From positions 544,001 to 608,000 of the forward strand of contig CBDDDZ010000004.1 of assembly GCA_965226795.1 (NCBI GenBank): DNA of 64,000 nucleotides. The letters run 5' to 3'. Position 1 is the stretch's first letter. Each line of letters begins with the position of its first letter. Under the pieces are notes generated by a model, which had not been told where the DNA came from, searched no databases, and saw only the letters and a program-made list of their open reading frames with translations. A program made the translations under genes and the position numbers. The stretch comes from Candidatus Latescibacterota bacterium (GTDB lineage: Bacteria; Latescibacterota; UBA2968; GCA-2709665). Below, piece after piece: positions 1 to 8,829 of this stretch.

Positions 1-596
1 GCGGCCGATCCCGCCACAAGCACGTCCGCCCCCGCAGCGATGGCCTGCCCCGCGTTTTCCAACCCGATTCCCCCGTCGATTTCGATCTCCGTAAGCACGC
101 CCTGACGCACGATCTCCGCCCTCAATCTCCGAACCTTTTCCAGAGACTCCGGCATGAACGCCTGACCGCCAAATCCCGGCTCCACCGACATCACAAGCGC
201 AAGATCCAGCGACGCCAGCAGGGGAAACAACGCCTCCACGGGTGTTGCCGGCTTCACCGTAGCGCCCGCCCGCATCCCCATCGCCCGGATTTCACGAAGC
301 AAAGCCGGCAAATCAGCGTTGACCTCGACGTGTACGGTGCAGATGTCGGCCCCGCTATCCGCGAAATCCCTCAGGTACCGGCCCGGATCGGTAATCATGA
401 GATGCACATCCAGTGTCAACGCCGTCCTTTTACGAATGGCTTCCACGACCATTGCACCGAACGTGATATTCGGCACGAAATGACCGTCCATCACATCCAG
501 ATGAATATACTCCGCACCTGCTGCTTCCACCGCCCGAATCTCGCGTTCCAGCACGGCGAAATCCGCAGCCAGAAAAGACGGAGCGATTTTAATCAA
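1..596 (-). CDS. rpe: Ribulose-phosphate 3-epimerase (3' end runs off the window)
   Basis: Manual minus-strand translation from TTG at 596: MIKIAPSFLAADFAVLEREIRAVEAAGAEYIHLDVMDGHFVPNITFG...MSVEPGFGGQAF; GGAGG RBS just upstream. Absent from the ORF track because its stop is outside the window. Confidence 0.95.
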   Translation of the reverse strand, partial: MIKIAPSFLAADFAVLEREIRAVEAAGAEYIHLDVMDGHFVPNITFGAMVVEAIRKRTALTLDVHLMITDPGRYLRDFADSGADICTVHVEVNADLPALLREIRAMGMRAGATVKPATPVEALFPLLASLDLALVMSVEPGFGGQAFMPESLEKVRRLRAEIVRQGVLTEIEIDGGIGLENAGQAIAAGADVLVAGSA

Positions 597-670
597 AAAA
601 AACCTCCAGTTCTCGGATACGGGGGTTCGGGGGTTGAACGCGTAAACCAACTTGCGACGATGACCGACCG

Positions 671-1408
671 TTACAACTTGCTCACCACCAGTCGCACACG
701 CGTCCCCTGCTTCACCTCTTCCCCGGAATCGGGCACATGCCGGATCACCACGTTCAATAGATGCTGGGTGCTGAATTCGTATCGGATATCCCGCAACTGG
801 AGCCCGGCTTTTTCCAGCTCCGACCGTGCCGTCTCAAGCGGTTTGCCGACCAGATTCGGCATCGGGACCATCTCTCCCGGAGGCCCGTTACTTACCGTTA
901 CCAATATCGGCGTTCCAACCTGTACCCGTTGACCCGGGAGGGGATCCTGGCTGATAATCAACCCTTCCTTGACGGTTGGAGACGCATCCTCCAGAGTATC
1001 TCCCATGGCCAGGCCGGTCTGTGCAATCCACACCTGCGCCTGACGAAGTGACTTCTCCCGAAGGTCCGGCACTTCGTACAGGCGGGTCCCGCGACTGGGC
1101 ACCGCATATACCGTCCGGTTGATTTTCACATGCGAATACGCAGGCGGGTTCTGCTGTACCAGCCTGCCTTCGGCAATCGATGCGTCCCATCGGGGCTGCT
1201 GAAGCTTCAGCTTAAGACCCCGTTGAGACAGCGCCTGGCCGGCTTCTTGGTGTGTCAGATCGACGATATCGGGTACCTCTACCCGCTGGCCGGCCCTTAC
1301 CAGACGAGGCATGATGAATCGATTGAGCAAGATCAGCGCCACAGTACCGGTGATCACCGCACAGCCTGCGAATAGCACCACCTCTCGCAGAGCCCTTTTG
1401 GCCATCAT
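671..1408 (-). CDS. Membrane-anchored protein with three PASTA domains
   Basis: N-terminal TM helix then three repeats starting VEVPDIVDL, YEVPDLREK, VPMPNLVGK; PASTA-rpe adjacency is common in FCB bacteria. Confidence 0.9.
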   Translation of the reverse strand: MMAKRALREVVLFAGCAVITGTVALILLNRFIMPRLVRAGQRVEVPDIVDLTHQEAGQALSQRGLKLKLQQPRWDASIAEGRLVQQNPPAYSHVKINRTVYAVPSRGTRLYEVPDLREKSLRQAQVWIAQTGLAMGDTLEDASPTVKEGLIISQDPLPGQRVQVGTPILVTVSNGPPGEMVPMPNLVGKPLETARSELEKAGLQLRDIRYEFSTQHLLNVVIRHVPDSGEEVKQGTRVRLVVSKL

Positions 1409-1485
1409 TCTGATAACCCACCTCTTTCAAAGTAAAAACCGCGCTCGGCGTGGGGGTTTGAACCCTCCGGTCAGTGTCCGACTCA

Positions 1486-1514
1486 AAAATAGGACAACAT
1501 CCCCCCGGTGTCAA
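1486..1514 (-). promoter_or_regulatory. Putative sigma70 promoter for PASTA-rpe
   Basis: Minus strand TTGACA-17 bp-TATTTT. Confidence 0.5.
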
Positions 1515-1527
1515 GATCACACCCCCT

Positions 1528-1587
1528 TCAACGTCCCAGCGTCAAGGAAACCCGGTGTGACAACCCCAACACCGTGTGGTACAAAGT
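1528..1587 (-). repeat. Displaced copy of the last 19 codons plus stop of the PorV-like gene (att-like direct repeat, copy 1)
   Basis: 55/60 identical to 6224-6283; both encode TLYHTVLGLSHRVSLTLGR*. Confidence 0.9.
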
Positions 1588-1826
1588 TCATCGGGCAGGT
1601 TCAGGTCAGGGCACGCAAATAACTTCGCCTCGGATCCGCCTTGACCTTAGTGTCCAGTTCACGGTACCTTGACTTGCAGATTGGAGTTGGTCTCGCCCCG
1701 GAATTCATCCCAGACCGCCTTAGAGGATCCAAGGGACGGCGCACTCCCGCACTGAGGCTGGAGCGCAGTGGCTGCCGGCGTACCAACGGCCGACGGTTCT
1801 GTTGAAAGGAGAGAGGTTACGGGCCA

Positions 1827-3698
1827 ATGATGAACGTGTGGAGCATCCTAACTGTTGTGCAGGCTCGGGTCCGGGTGGTCGTTCTTCTTTCCGTTCTGGC
1901 CTGGTGCGCCGGGATCACATCCGCGTTCGGCAACCTGCCGCGTCATTCCGCCGACGCCAGCAACGAGGCTTCTATCCTTTACTCGACGCCAGAGCGCGTC
2001 GCGCGGGAGATCCTGATCCATGTGGCTCCCGGTGTCATGGGGTTTCCTCCCGGCAAGGTCGCCGCAGCGTGGCACGAAATCAAGTACATTGAGCGGACGT
2101 TACGCGAATGGCTTGACAGATACGGACCGGAAGTCGTGCTCATCGCTTTTCCAGACTTCGACCCGTTAACCGACCCCGCGATGATGTCGCGTCTGGGGTA
2201 TGAGCTTACCGTCATGGATTTCAGCAGGATATACAAGGTGCGGTTCCCTCCCGGTGCGGATCGCAGCGCCATCTCCGCGGATATGGCGGATCTCCCTGGT
2301 GTCCTTTTTGCAGTGCCCAATCCGCTTGGCGTCCTGGATCCGGGCTCTTCCGGAGGCGGGCGTGCGGACATCGGAAGCGCGACAGCCAGTGATTTTGACG
2401 GCGACGGGGTGGTGGGCTTCACCGATTTCCTGGTGTTCGTGACTGCGTTTGGCAAGACGTCGGACAGCGAGGGCTTTGACACCCGGTTCGATCTGGACGG
2501 TGATGGTGCGATCGGCTTCGGCGATTTCCTGGCGTTTTCCAGTAACTTCGGCAAGGTGGTCGGCGTGAGCGGCGAGGGCATCTGCGGGCGTACGCCGCGG
2601 GTGCGTAACGGGATCCTGAGGGTGCTCCCGGACGTGGACGACTGTGCGCTGGTGACGCTGGAGCACCAGGCGACCATAGAGAGCCTGTCGCTGTTCGGTC
2701 AGGGTATCGAGGCGTTGCGGGAAGGAGACTTCGCCGGTCTTTCTAATCTGAGGGGGTTGGAGCTTTCCAACAACAGGCTCACGACGCTGCCTGAACGCAT
2801 CTTCGCGGGCCTGGACAGCCTGCGGGTCCTGGAACTGCGCCAGAACAGGCTGGCCACACTGCCCATCGACGTGTTTTCCAAGTTACACAAGCTCAAGGGC
2901 CTCGCCCTTTCCTACAACAATCTGGGTACGCTGCCGCACGGACCCTACCGCTCGGTCTTAACCCGTGGGATCTTTACCGATCTTCGCGATCTGGATCGGA
3001 TAGAGTTGCAAGACAGTGGCTTGACCTCGCTGCCGAAATGGGCTTTCGTCGGTCAGGACGACCTGCGCAGCCTCATATTGGGCGACAACAAGCTAAGCGC
3101 GCTGCCCGATGGTGCATTCCGTTATCTGAGTGATTTACAACGTCTCGATTTGAGCGGCAATAACCTGACCACCCTTTCGAAGGCCGCGTTCTCGTCTCTG
3201 AGAAACCTGAGTATACTGGACCTTAGCGATAACCCGGGCGTACCCTTTACCTTGACTTTGAGCCTGGAACGCACAGACTTTTCCGACACGACGTCACAGG
3301 GCCTCGCCGCCATAGTGGTCAAGGTGGACCAAGGCGCACCGTTTGAGATGCCCGTTAAGCTGTCGGCGCACGGTGGTACCCTGACAACCGAGACCGCGAC
3401 TGTCTGGAGGGGATCCACAACCAGTGAATCGCTTGTGGCCACACAACGTGGGGAGGAACCCGTCACGGTCAGTTTTGGGCCAGCTCCCGAGATACCCGTC
3501 AGGGGCGAGCGCCGGATCTATACGGACGCTGGAGATATCCCTCCCAACGATACGGGCAAGCGGGAGATGCGCCTTGCCTATAGGGGTATCCAGATCGCAA
3601 CCGGGTCGCCGCTTGTATTATCGGCGCCGTCCGCCAGCCCCTATCATCGGCTGTTCAAGATCCCCGTCGACAGCGTGGCGGTAGCGTCTCCGGTGTAG
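1827..3698 (+). CDS. Secreted protein: subtilase-propeptide-like N-domain, paired EF-hand/dockerin-like module, bacterial-type LRRs, beta-rich C-terminal region
   Basis: Hydrophobic signal-like N-terminus; DFDGDGVVGFTDFLVFVTAFG and FDLDGDGAIGFGDFLAFSSNFG; 24-aa LRRs LxxLxLxxNxLxxLPxxxF. Confidence 0.85.
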   Translation: MMNVWSILTVVQARVRVVVLLSVLAWCAGITSAFGNLPRHSADASNEASILYSTPERVAREILIHVAPGVMGFPPGKVAAAWHEIKYIERTLREWLDRYGPEVVLIAFPDFDPLTDPAMMSRLGYELTVMDFSRIYKVRFPPGADRSAISADMADLPGVLFAVPNPLGVLDPGSSGGGRADIGSATASDFDGDGVVGFTDFLVFVTAFGKTSDSEGFDTRFDLDGDGAIGFGDFLAFSSNFGKVVGVSGEGICGRTPRVRNGILRVLPDVDDCALVTLEHQATIESLSLFGQGIEALREGDFAGLSNLRGLELSNNRLTTLPERIFAGLDSLRVLELRQNRLATLPIDVFSKLHKLKGLALSYNNLGTLPHGPYRSVLTRGIFTDLRDLDRIELQDSGLTSLPKWAFVGQDDLRSLILGDNKLSALPDGAFRYLSDLQRLDLSGNNLTTLSKAAFSSLRNLSILDLSDNPGVPFTLTLSLERTDFSDTTSQGLAAIVVKVDQGAPFEMPVKLSAHGGTLTTETATVWRGSTTSESLVATQRGEEPVTVSFGPAPEIPVRGERRIYTDAGDIPPNDTGKREMRLAYRGIQIATGSPLVLSAPSASPYHRLFKIPVDSVAVASPV

Positions 3699-4046
3699 CA
3701 ATTTCGCGACCACGGGAGGGGGCATGTATCCCGTTACCTGGTGCCGACGACATCTCCCTTGGCAGCTACGGATACGATGCGTGTTCAATTCTACGCTGGT
3801 ATCGGTGGGGATCTATGTTCCTGGTTTTCCCACTTTGACACAACACGAGTGGATTCAGGATACAACGTGAGGCTTTGGGGAATGAGGGATGACCGTCCGG
3901 ACATAGCCTGTCTTTTTATGGTGGCCGAAATGAGGGGATATCCTCCACTAGTGTTCTATCCACCTCTTCGGATTGGCACCTGGTCCTTCTTCGTGCGTCA
4001 GCCGAACGGCGCCGTCCTAAGAAGGGAGGTCGTCGTTCGAAGGTGA
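3699..4046 (+). pseudogene. Probable detached C-terminal domain of the upstream LRR gene (same frame, after TAG at 3696-3698); alternatively a small CDS from GTG 3741
   Basis: The frame stays open for 115 codons after the TAG and ORF 3741..4046 is in frame with 1827..3698. Confidence 0.45.
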
Positions 4047-4205
4047 GCGCCAAGGATCATTGGGAAGCTTGCGACTTGCCGGTATATCCTCTAACCTTAA
4101 TTGGTCAAGGATGCAGGGCGGCGATATGGTGTGGCGTGCCGTGTTTTTAAGCCTGGGTGCGCGGGCATCTTGCCCGCGCTGATCGTCCATACGTGGAAGA
4201 GTGCA

Positions 4206-5876
4206 ATGAGACCTGCTATCTCGATCCTGTCTTGCGTCTTTGTAGTACTGGCGTCTGCAGATCCTATGACCACGTTAATTGAAACGGCCACTTCCCGGGA
4301 AACCCCCTCTTCGTCAAACAGATTTCCAGGTGATTTCGATGGGGACTTTGATGTCGACTTTGCCGATTTTTTGGCTTTCGCCGCCGTTTTCGGGTTATCG
4401 TCATCGGATGATGGATATAACGTCAATATGGACATGGACGGTAGCGGCACTATTGACTTCGGCGATTTTGTAGCTCTCGCCAATGTCTTCGGGACAACAT
4501 ACCCATCGCATTCGCTGGCGACAGACCGGGAGGCGCTGGTCGCCCTCTACAATGCGACTGATGGACCTAATTGGAGGCGTCAGGCAAACTGGCTCACCGA
4601 CAAAGACGTGTCGACATGGGAAGGTGTAACAGTTACTGACGATAGGGTCACAGATCTGCATCTTGGGGGGAATAACCTGAATGGTGCGCTGCCTCCCGCG
4701 TTGGCGGGACTATCCAATCTCCAGTCGCTGATTCTTTCCGAAAATGCGCTGACCGGGTTTATTCCGTCCGAATTGGGCAATCTATCCAACTTGGGTTATT
4801 TGGAGTTAAGTTCGAATCTATTGAGCGGACGGATCCCGCACGAATTGGGCAATCTATCCGAGATGTTTTGGTTGAAACTAAGCCGGAATCTGTTGAGCGG
4901 CCGGGTTCCACCGGAACTTGGCCGTCTCGTCAATCTCTTTGCGTTAGAGATAGACGCAAACTACAACCTGTCGGGCCAACTTCCACGCAGCCTCACACGG
5001 CTACCAGAGGTAGAGATATTTTCCTTTACCAACACTCGGGTATGTGCGCCGCGCTATCGTGCGTTTCAGGAGTGGCTTTTAGACATTCCAGATCATTCTG
5101 GCTTGCGTTGCCCTTCTCCAGGTGGGTCGTTGGCAACCGATCGAGAAGCGCTTGTGACGTTGTATCACGCAACCGGCGGGCCCAACTGGAACGACCAGAC
5201 AAATTGGCTCACTGACAAAGACCCTTCGACGTGGCACGGCATTACAGTTTTCGACGGCCGTGTGGCGCAAGTGCAGCTTCACCAGAACAACCTGAGGGGA
5301 ACGCTCTCTGCCTCGCTTGGAAACCTGACCGGTATCGAGCCTTTGCGGCTTTGGGGCAATGAGCTTACCGGCTCGATCGCGCCTGAGTTGGGCAACCTTG
5401 TCAACCTCGGAAGTCTGGCGTTGCACGACAACAAGCTCAGTGGGATTATTACCCCGGAACTGGGCAAGCTCGTTAACCTGACGATCCTATCACTTTCCGG
5501 AAACGCATTAACCGGACCGATCCCCCCCGACCTGGGAAACCTGATTCACCTTGATGAACTATCGCTCCATACGAATCAACTGAGCGGGACGATACCCGCC
5601 GAATTGGGCCGGTTGATGTACATCGTACGGATGAATCTATCGGGAAATGGGCTTGAAGGATCAATCCCGACCGATTTCGGAAAGCTCTCCGACCTGACGA
5701 CGCTGCAGGTTCACGACAATACAAACCTTACCGGAGCCCTTCCACTAAGCTTCACCATGCTCCCGTACCTGGACGAATTCTACTTCCATAACACCGGGCT
5801 ATGTGCGCCAGCAGATATCGCTTTCCAGATGTGGCTTCAGGGTGTTAGCCAATGGAATGGTGGCAGCTGCGAATAA
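4206..5876 (+). CDS. Secreted EF-hand/dockerin-like protein with two tandem plant-type LRR modules
   Basis: Signal MRPAISILSCVFVVLASA; paired DFDGDFDVDFADF and DMDGSGTIDFGDF; two N-caps TDREALVxLYxATxGPNW; LxGxIPxELGxL repeats; C-caps NTxxCAP..FQxWL. Confidence 0.9.
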   Translation: MRPAISILSCVFVVLASADPMTTLIETATSRETPSSSNRFPGDFDGDFDVDFADFLAFAAVFGLSSSDDGYNVNMDMDGSGTIDFGDFVALANVFGTTYPSHSLATDREALVALYNATDGPNWRRQANWLTDKDVSTWEGVTVTDDRVTDLHLGGNNLNGALPPALAGLSNLQSLILSENALTGFIPSELGNLSNLGYLELSSNLLSGRIPHELGNLSEMFWLKLSRNLLSGRVPPELGRLVNLFALEIDANYNLSGQLPRSLTRLPEVEIFSFTNTRVCAPRYRAFQEWLLDIPDHSGLRCPSPGGSLATDREALVTLYHATGGPNWNDQTNWLTDKDPSTWHGITVFDGRVAQVQLHQNNLRGTLSASLGNLTGIEPLRLWGNELTGSIAPELGNLVNLGSLALHDNKLSGIITPELGKLVNLTILSLSGNALTGPIPPDLGNLIHLDELSLHTNQLSGTIPAELGRLMYIVRMNLSGNGLEGSIPTDFGKLSDLTTLQVHDNTNLTGALPLSFTMLPYLDEFYFHNTGLCAPADIAFQMWLQGVSQWNGGSCE

Positions 5877-6223
5877 TCTGACGGCCAAGTGCCCGGGAGT
5901 GATTCGTGGCTTATAACGGCCCTACATGCCGTTATATAGTGAGACAACTTTCTCTCCGAGTTTAATGCAGTATATTGGGCGGAGAAGTCGACAGCTCACG
6001 AGGGCGATTTGCGTTGCGGCGGCCTGCGGTTCGGACATCCATCAAGTTGCCAACACCGTTTCTATTTATCACAGATACACCTGTATAGAATTGGACACTT
6101 TAGAGGGGGTTATGTGTCGATCGGGGCAGCATGGAATGCTCCTTTTCAGATTTATTGAAGCGGGTGTGCAGGCAGTCCTGCGAATGTGTGATGTCCGTTG
6201 GAGGTGCCAAAATTGCGCGCGTT

Positions 6224-6283
6224 TCAACGTCCCAGCGTCAGCGAGACCCGGTGTGACAACCCCAACACCGTGTGGTACAGGGT
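6224..6283 (-). repeat. Current 3' end of the PorV-like gene (att-like direct repeat, copy 2)
   Basis: Matches 1528-1587 with 5 mismatches, all synonymous. Confidence 0.9.
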
Positions 6284-7240
6284 CGCGTAGTCGATCCGGA
6301 AGCCCCTGTGAATCACACCGGCCCCCATCGACAATCGCTCCGCCCGACCCCCGGCCCCAAGCCGCAACATGACCCGGCGAGCGAAGCTGTATTCCATGCC
6401 CGCGCTTACCCCGGTTCGCCGGCCGGCCTCCTTGCGAACATCCAGCAGCAGTGCCAGATTCGGTACGACCTCGAACCCCACGCCCGCCATACCTCCCTGA
6501 CCCAGCACGTCAACCGACTGCCCGCCGGCATTCCAGGCCGAGAGCCCCAGCATCACCTGCGGACCAAGTACGATCCTCGCGCCCAGGTCAAATGCCGTCC
6601 ACGCACGTTTCGCGCCTCTCGCGATCGACAAACGCATGTGTCGAATCCTCAGCCCGAGACCCAGCCGGGATGCGACTCGAAGGCCAAATGTAACCCCGGC
6701 TGTCCGCTCCCGATAAAGGCTGAAGCCGTACTCCCGGTATCCCACACCGACTGCCGCCCTGCCCGTAGACGCAACTGTCCCGATCGCATGGGCATCTAAC
6801 ACGGCCATGCCGAACGGCCGCTCATATCCTACCGTTATGCTGACGCCCTCGCCCCATGTTACCGCGCCCGCATTCCAGAAGACTGCGTCTACGCCCGCCG
6901 CCCAGCCCACAAAGGTGTCTCCCAATCCGCCGGCACGGGCGCCCACGGGATGAAACTCGAAAGCGGCGGTGGCTGGAAAGGGAGCCACCAAAACACACAA
7001 CAATCCGAACCAACTCACGACAGTGGTCAACGCCGGGAGGAGTCGGTGCGACACACCACGACAATGGCCGTACTTCAGGGGCCCGGCGTATCCCCTGACT
7101 ACGAACCGGCGTCGTTCCCCTTCACTGTAGGGGACACACCGGCGGGTTTGTTTCCACGGAAATTCCATCCTTTCCTCCATCTCGGGCAGAACCACCAATA
7201 AGCGCGAAACCCGACCGGCGCCGTAAAATACAAGCACCAC
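6224..7240 (-). CDS. Outer-membrane beta-barrel, PorV/PorQ (FadL-like) family; true start probably downstream of 7240
   Basis: Signal-like segment ending ATAAF then GARAGGLGDTFVG...AVFWNAGA, amphipathic beta strands, C-terminal IDYATLYHTVLGLSHRVSLTL. Confidence 0.65.
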   Translation of the reverse strand: MVLVFYGAGRVSRLLVVLPEMEERMEFPWKQTRRCVPYSEGERRRFVVRGYAGPLKYGHCRGVSHRLLPALTTVVSWFGLLCVLVAPFPATAAFEFHPVGARAGGLGDTFVGWAAGVDAVFWNAGAVTWGEGVSITVGYERPFGMAVLDAHAIGTVASTGRAAVGVGYREYGFSLYRERTAGVTFGLRVASRLGLGLRIRHMRLSIARGAKRAWTAFDLGARIVLGPQVMLGLSAWNAGGQSVDVLGQGGMAGVGFEVVPNLALLLDVRKEAGRRTGVSAGMEYSFARRVMLRLGAGGRAERLSMGAGVIHRGFRIDYATLYHTVLGLSHRVSLTLGR

Positions 7241-7720
7241 TGGAGCCCGTCATTCGAGGCACCGGATCCGCGAGCTTTTTAGCGGGTTGATTCAAGACCT
7301 GTTGGTCACCGTGCCGGGCAACCACTGTTTCCTTTTCACTGCGTGGCGATATCTTCGCTACAACTTCTGTGCCAATCATTTCCCATATTTCTGTCCGTCC
7401 GCCTATCTAGTTGATTCTTCTATTGTTGGAACGGTACTCACCAGGTCTGTAGTCTCTCAAAGATCCTGGTTCCGTCATGCCGAATTAGACAGTCCACCTT
7501 CAAATTGCAGCATGAAGAAGGACAAAAAAAACCGCGGGTGCTCACCCGCGGACAAATTGGACATAGACCAAACCTAACGGCAACGTTATATTGCGTCACT
7601 CAGGTGGAACAGAACGGACCTCTCCCACGTACCAGTACATGGAACTCAGGCCAAAGGTTTCAGAATTTTTCGTGTTGCACCACGGTGCACGACGGTTTGA
7701 ACAGCTTTCCAGGCTCCGCC

Positions 7721-8707
7721 ATGCATGACCCGCCGGAAAATCAAGGCTGGATCTATCACAACCTCGTACAGAGCGATGCATCTGGACAAACGGTACTTCA
7801 GTTCTATCTCCGACGATATCCTCATTCCTCCAGGGAAGTGTGGCTGGAACGGATCCTATCCGGCGCAGTACGGCTGAATGGCAACCCCACCACGCAGGAT
7901 ACACCGCTTGCTTCGGGCCAGCGGCTCACTTACCACCGAAGGCCCTGGCGTGAGCCCGACGCTCCCTGTTCGTTTGCGCTGCTCTACGAGGATGAGCACC
8001 TTATCGCCGTAGCCAAACCCGCCGGCCTCCCCGTATTGCCCGGCGGCCATCATCTCCGCAACACGCTGCTCGCCCGCATCCGCGAGCACTACCCGGAAAC
8101 CCCGGGCCCCGCGCCCCTGCATCGACTTGGGCGGGGAACCTCCGGCATCGTTCTGTTCGCCCGATCCGAATCGGCAAGACGGATCCTTTCCGAGGATTTC
8201 CGAAACCGGCGGATATGCAAGATATACCGCACACTCGTCGCCGGCACGGACATGACCGATCGGTTTGCGGTGGATGTTCCCATCGGTCGGATTCCCTATT
8301 CGCCAACCCGGTACCTGTACGCGGCAACGAGCGACGGTAAACCGGCCAGAACGGAATGCCGGGTGCTCAACCGCAATCCCGACAACAATCGGAGCCTGAT
8401 TCGTGTCAATCTCGTCACCGGCCGCGCCCATCAGATCCGGATTCACCTTGCTGTTGCCGGACATCCCCTGATTGACGACCCTCTGTATCGTGCCGGTGGC
8501 CTGCCCGTCGTTACACCCACTGGAGATCGTGCTCCGCTCCCCGGTGACGTCGGATACCACCTTCACGCGCATCAACTCCACTTTACCCACCCGGCCACAC
8601 GTCGCACTGTAGACCTCACGTGCCCGCCGCCTCCAATCCTCCGCACACCCGAGGAGATTGCCGAAATTCGGCCGGCGAGTCGCCCGGCTCGCAAGGCGCC
8701 TGAGTGA
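7721..8707 (+). CDS. RluA-family pseudouridine synthase with S4-like N-domain; atypical HRLG motif
   Basis: AVAKPAGLPV, HRLGRGTSG, TGRAHQIRIHLA..GHPL..DPLY, LHAHQLHFTHP. Confidence 0.9.
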   Translation: MHDPPENQGWIYHNLVQSDASGQTVLQFYLRRYPHSSREVWLERILSGAVRLNGNPTTQDTPLASGQRLTYHRRPWREPDAPCSFALLYEDEHLIAVAKPAGLPVLPGGHHLRNTLLARIREHYPETPGPAPLHRLGRGTSGIVLFARSESARRILSEDFRNRRICKIYRTLVAGTDMTDRFAVDVPIGRIPYSPTRYLYAATSDGKPARTECRVLNRNPDNNRSLIRVNLVTGRAHQIRIHLAVAGHPLIDDPLYRAGGLPVVTPTGDRAPLPGDVGYHLHAHQLHFTHPATRRTVDLTCPPPPILRTPEEIAEIRPASRPARKAPE

Positions 8708-8736
8708 GTCGACCTGCGGAAGGTCGGAAAGCGAAG

Positions 8737-8757
8737 GCACTTCGACAAGCTCAGTGC
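8737..8757. repeat. REP-like palindromic element (CTTCGACAAGCTCAG type)
   Basis: GCACT-TCGACAAGCTC-AGTGC; related copies at 39042, 51561 and 59814. Confidence 0.6.
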
Positions 8758-8829
8758 GAGCAACGCAAGCAACGCGGCGGGACGGGATGAATCGGCGGAA
8801 GTATGGTGACATATTTCCGGGAAAGGTCG

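Larger units (their letters stand above)
1588..6283. mobile_element. Putative genomic islet inserted in the 3' end of the PorV-like gene, carrying two EF-hand/LRR genes; no integrase
   Basis: Bounded by the 60-bp direct repeat; cargo is on the opposite strand to the flanking genes; removing it places the PorV-like gene directly upstream of PASTA-rpe. Confidence 0.7.

Noticed and set aside
330..932. Long antisense ORFs here and at 10594-11508, 39368-40429, 48035-49228 and 58840-59946
   Set aside because: Shadow frames of well-supported genes, expected in GC-rich DNA.
5905..5945. Integron attC site after the LRR gene (also TAAC..GTTA near 7575)
   Set aside because: Far too short for attC, no L boxes and no integron integrase.
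1528..6283. DGR template/variable repeat pair
   Set aside because: Four of five differences are A/G on the + strand, but on the coding strand all are synonymous changes, and there is no reverse transcriptase in the window.
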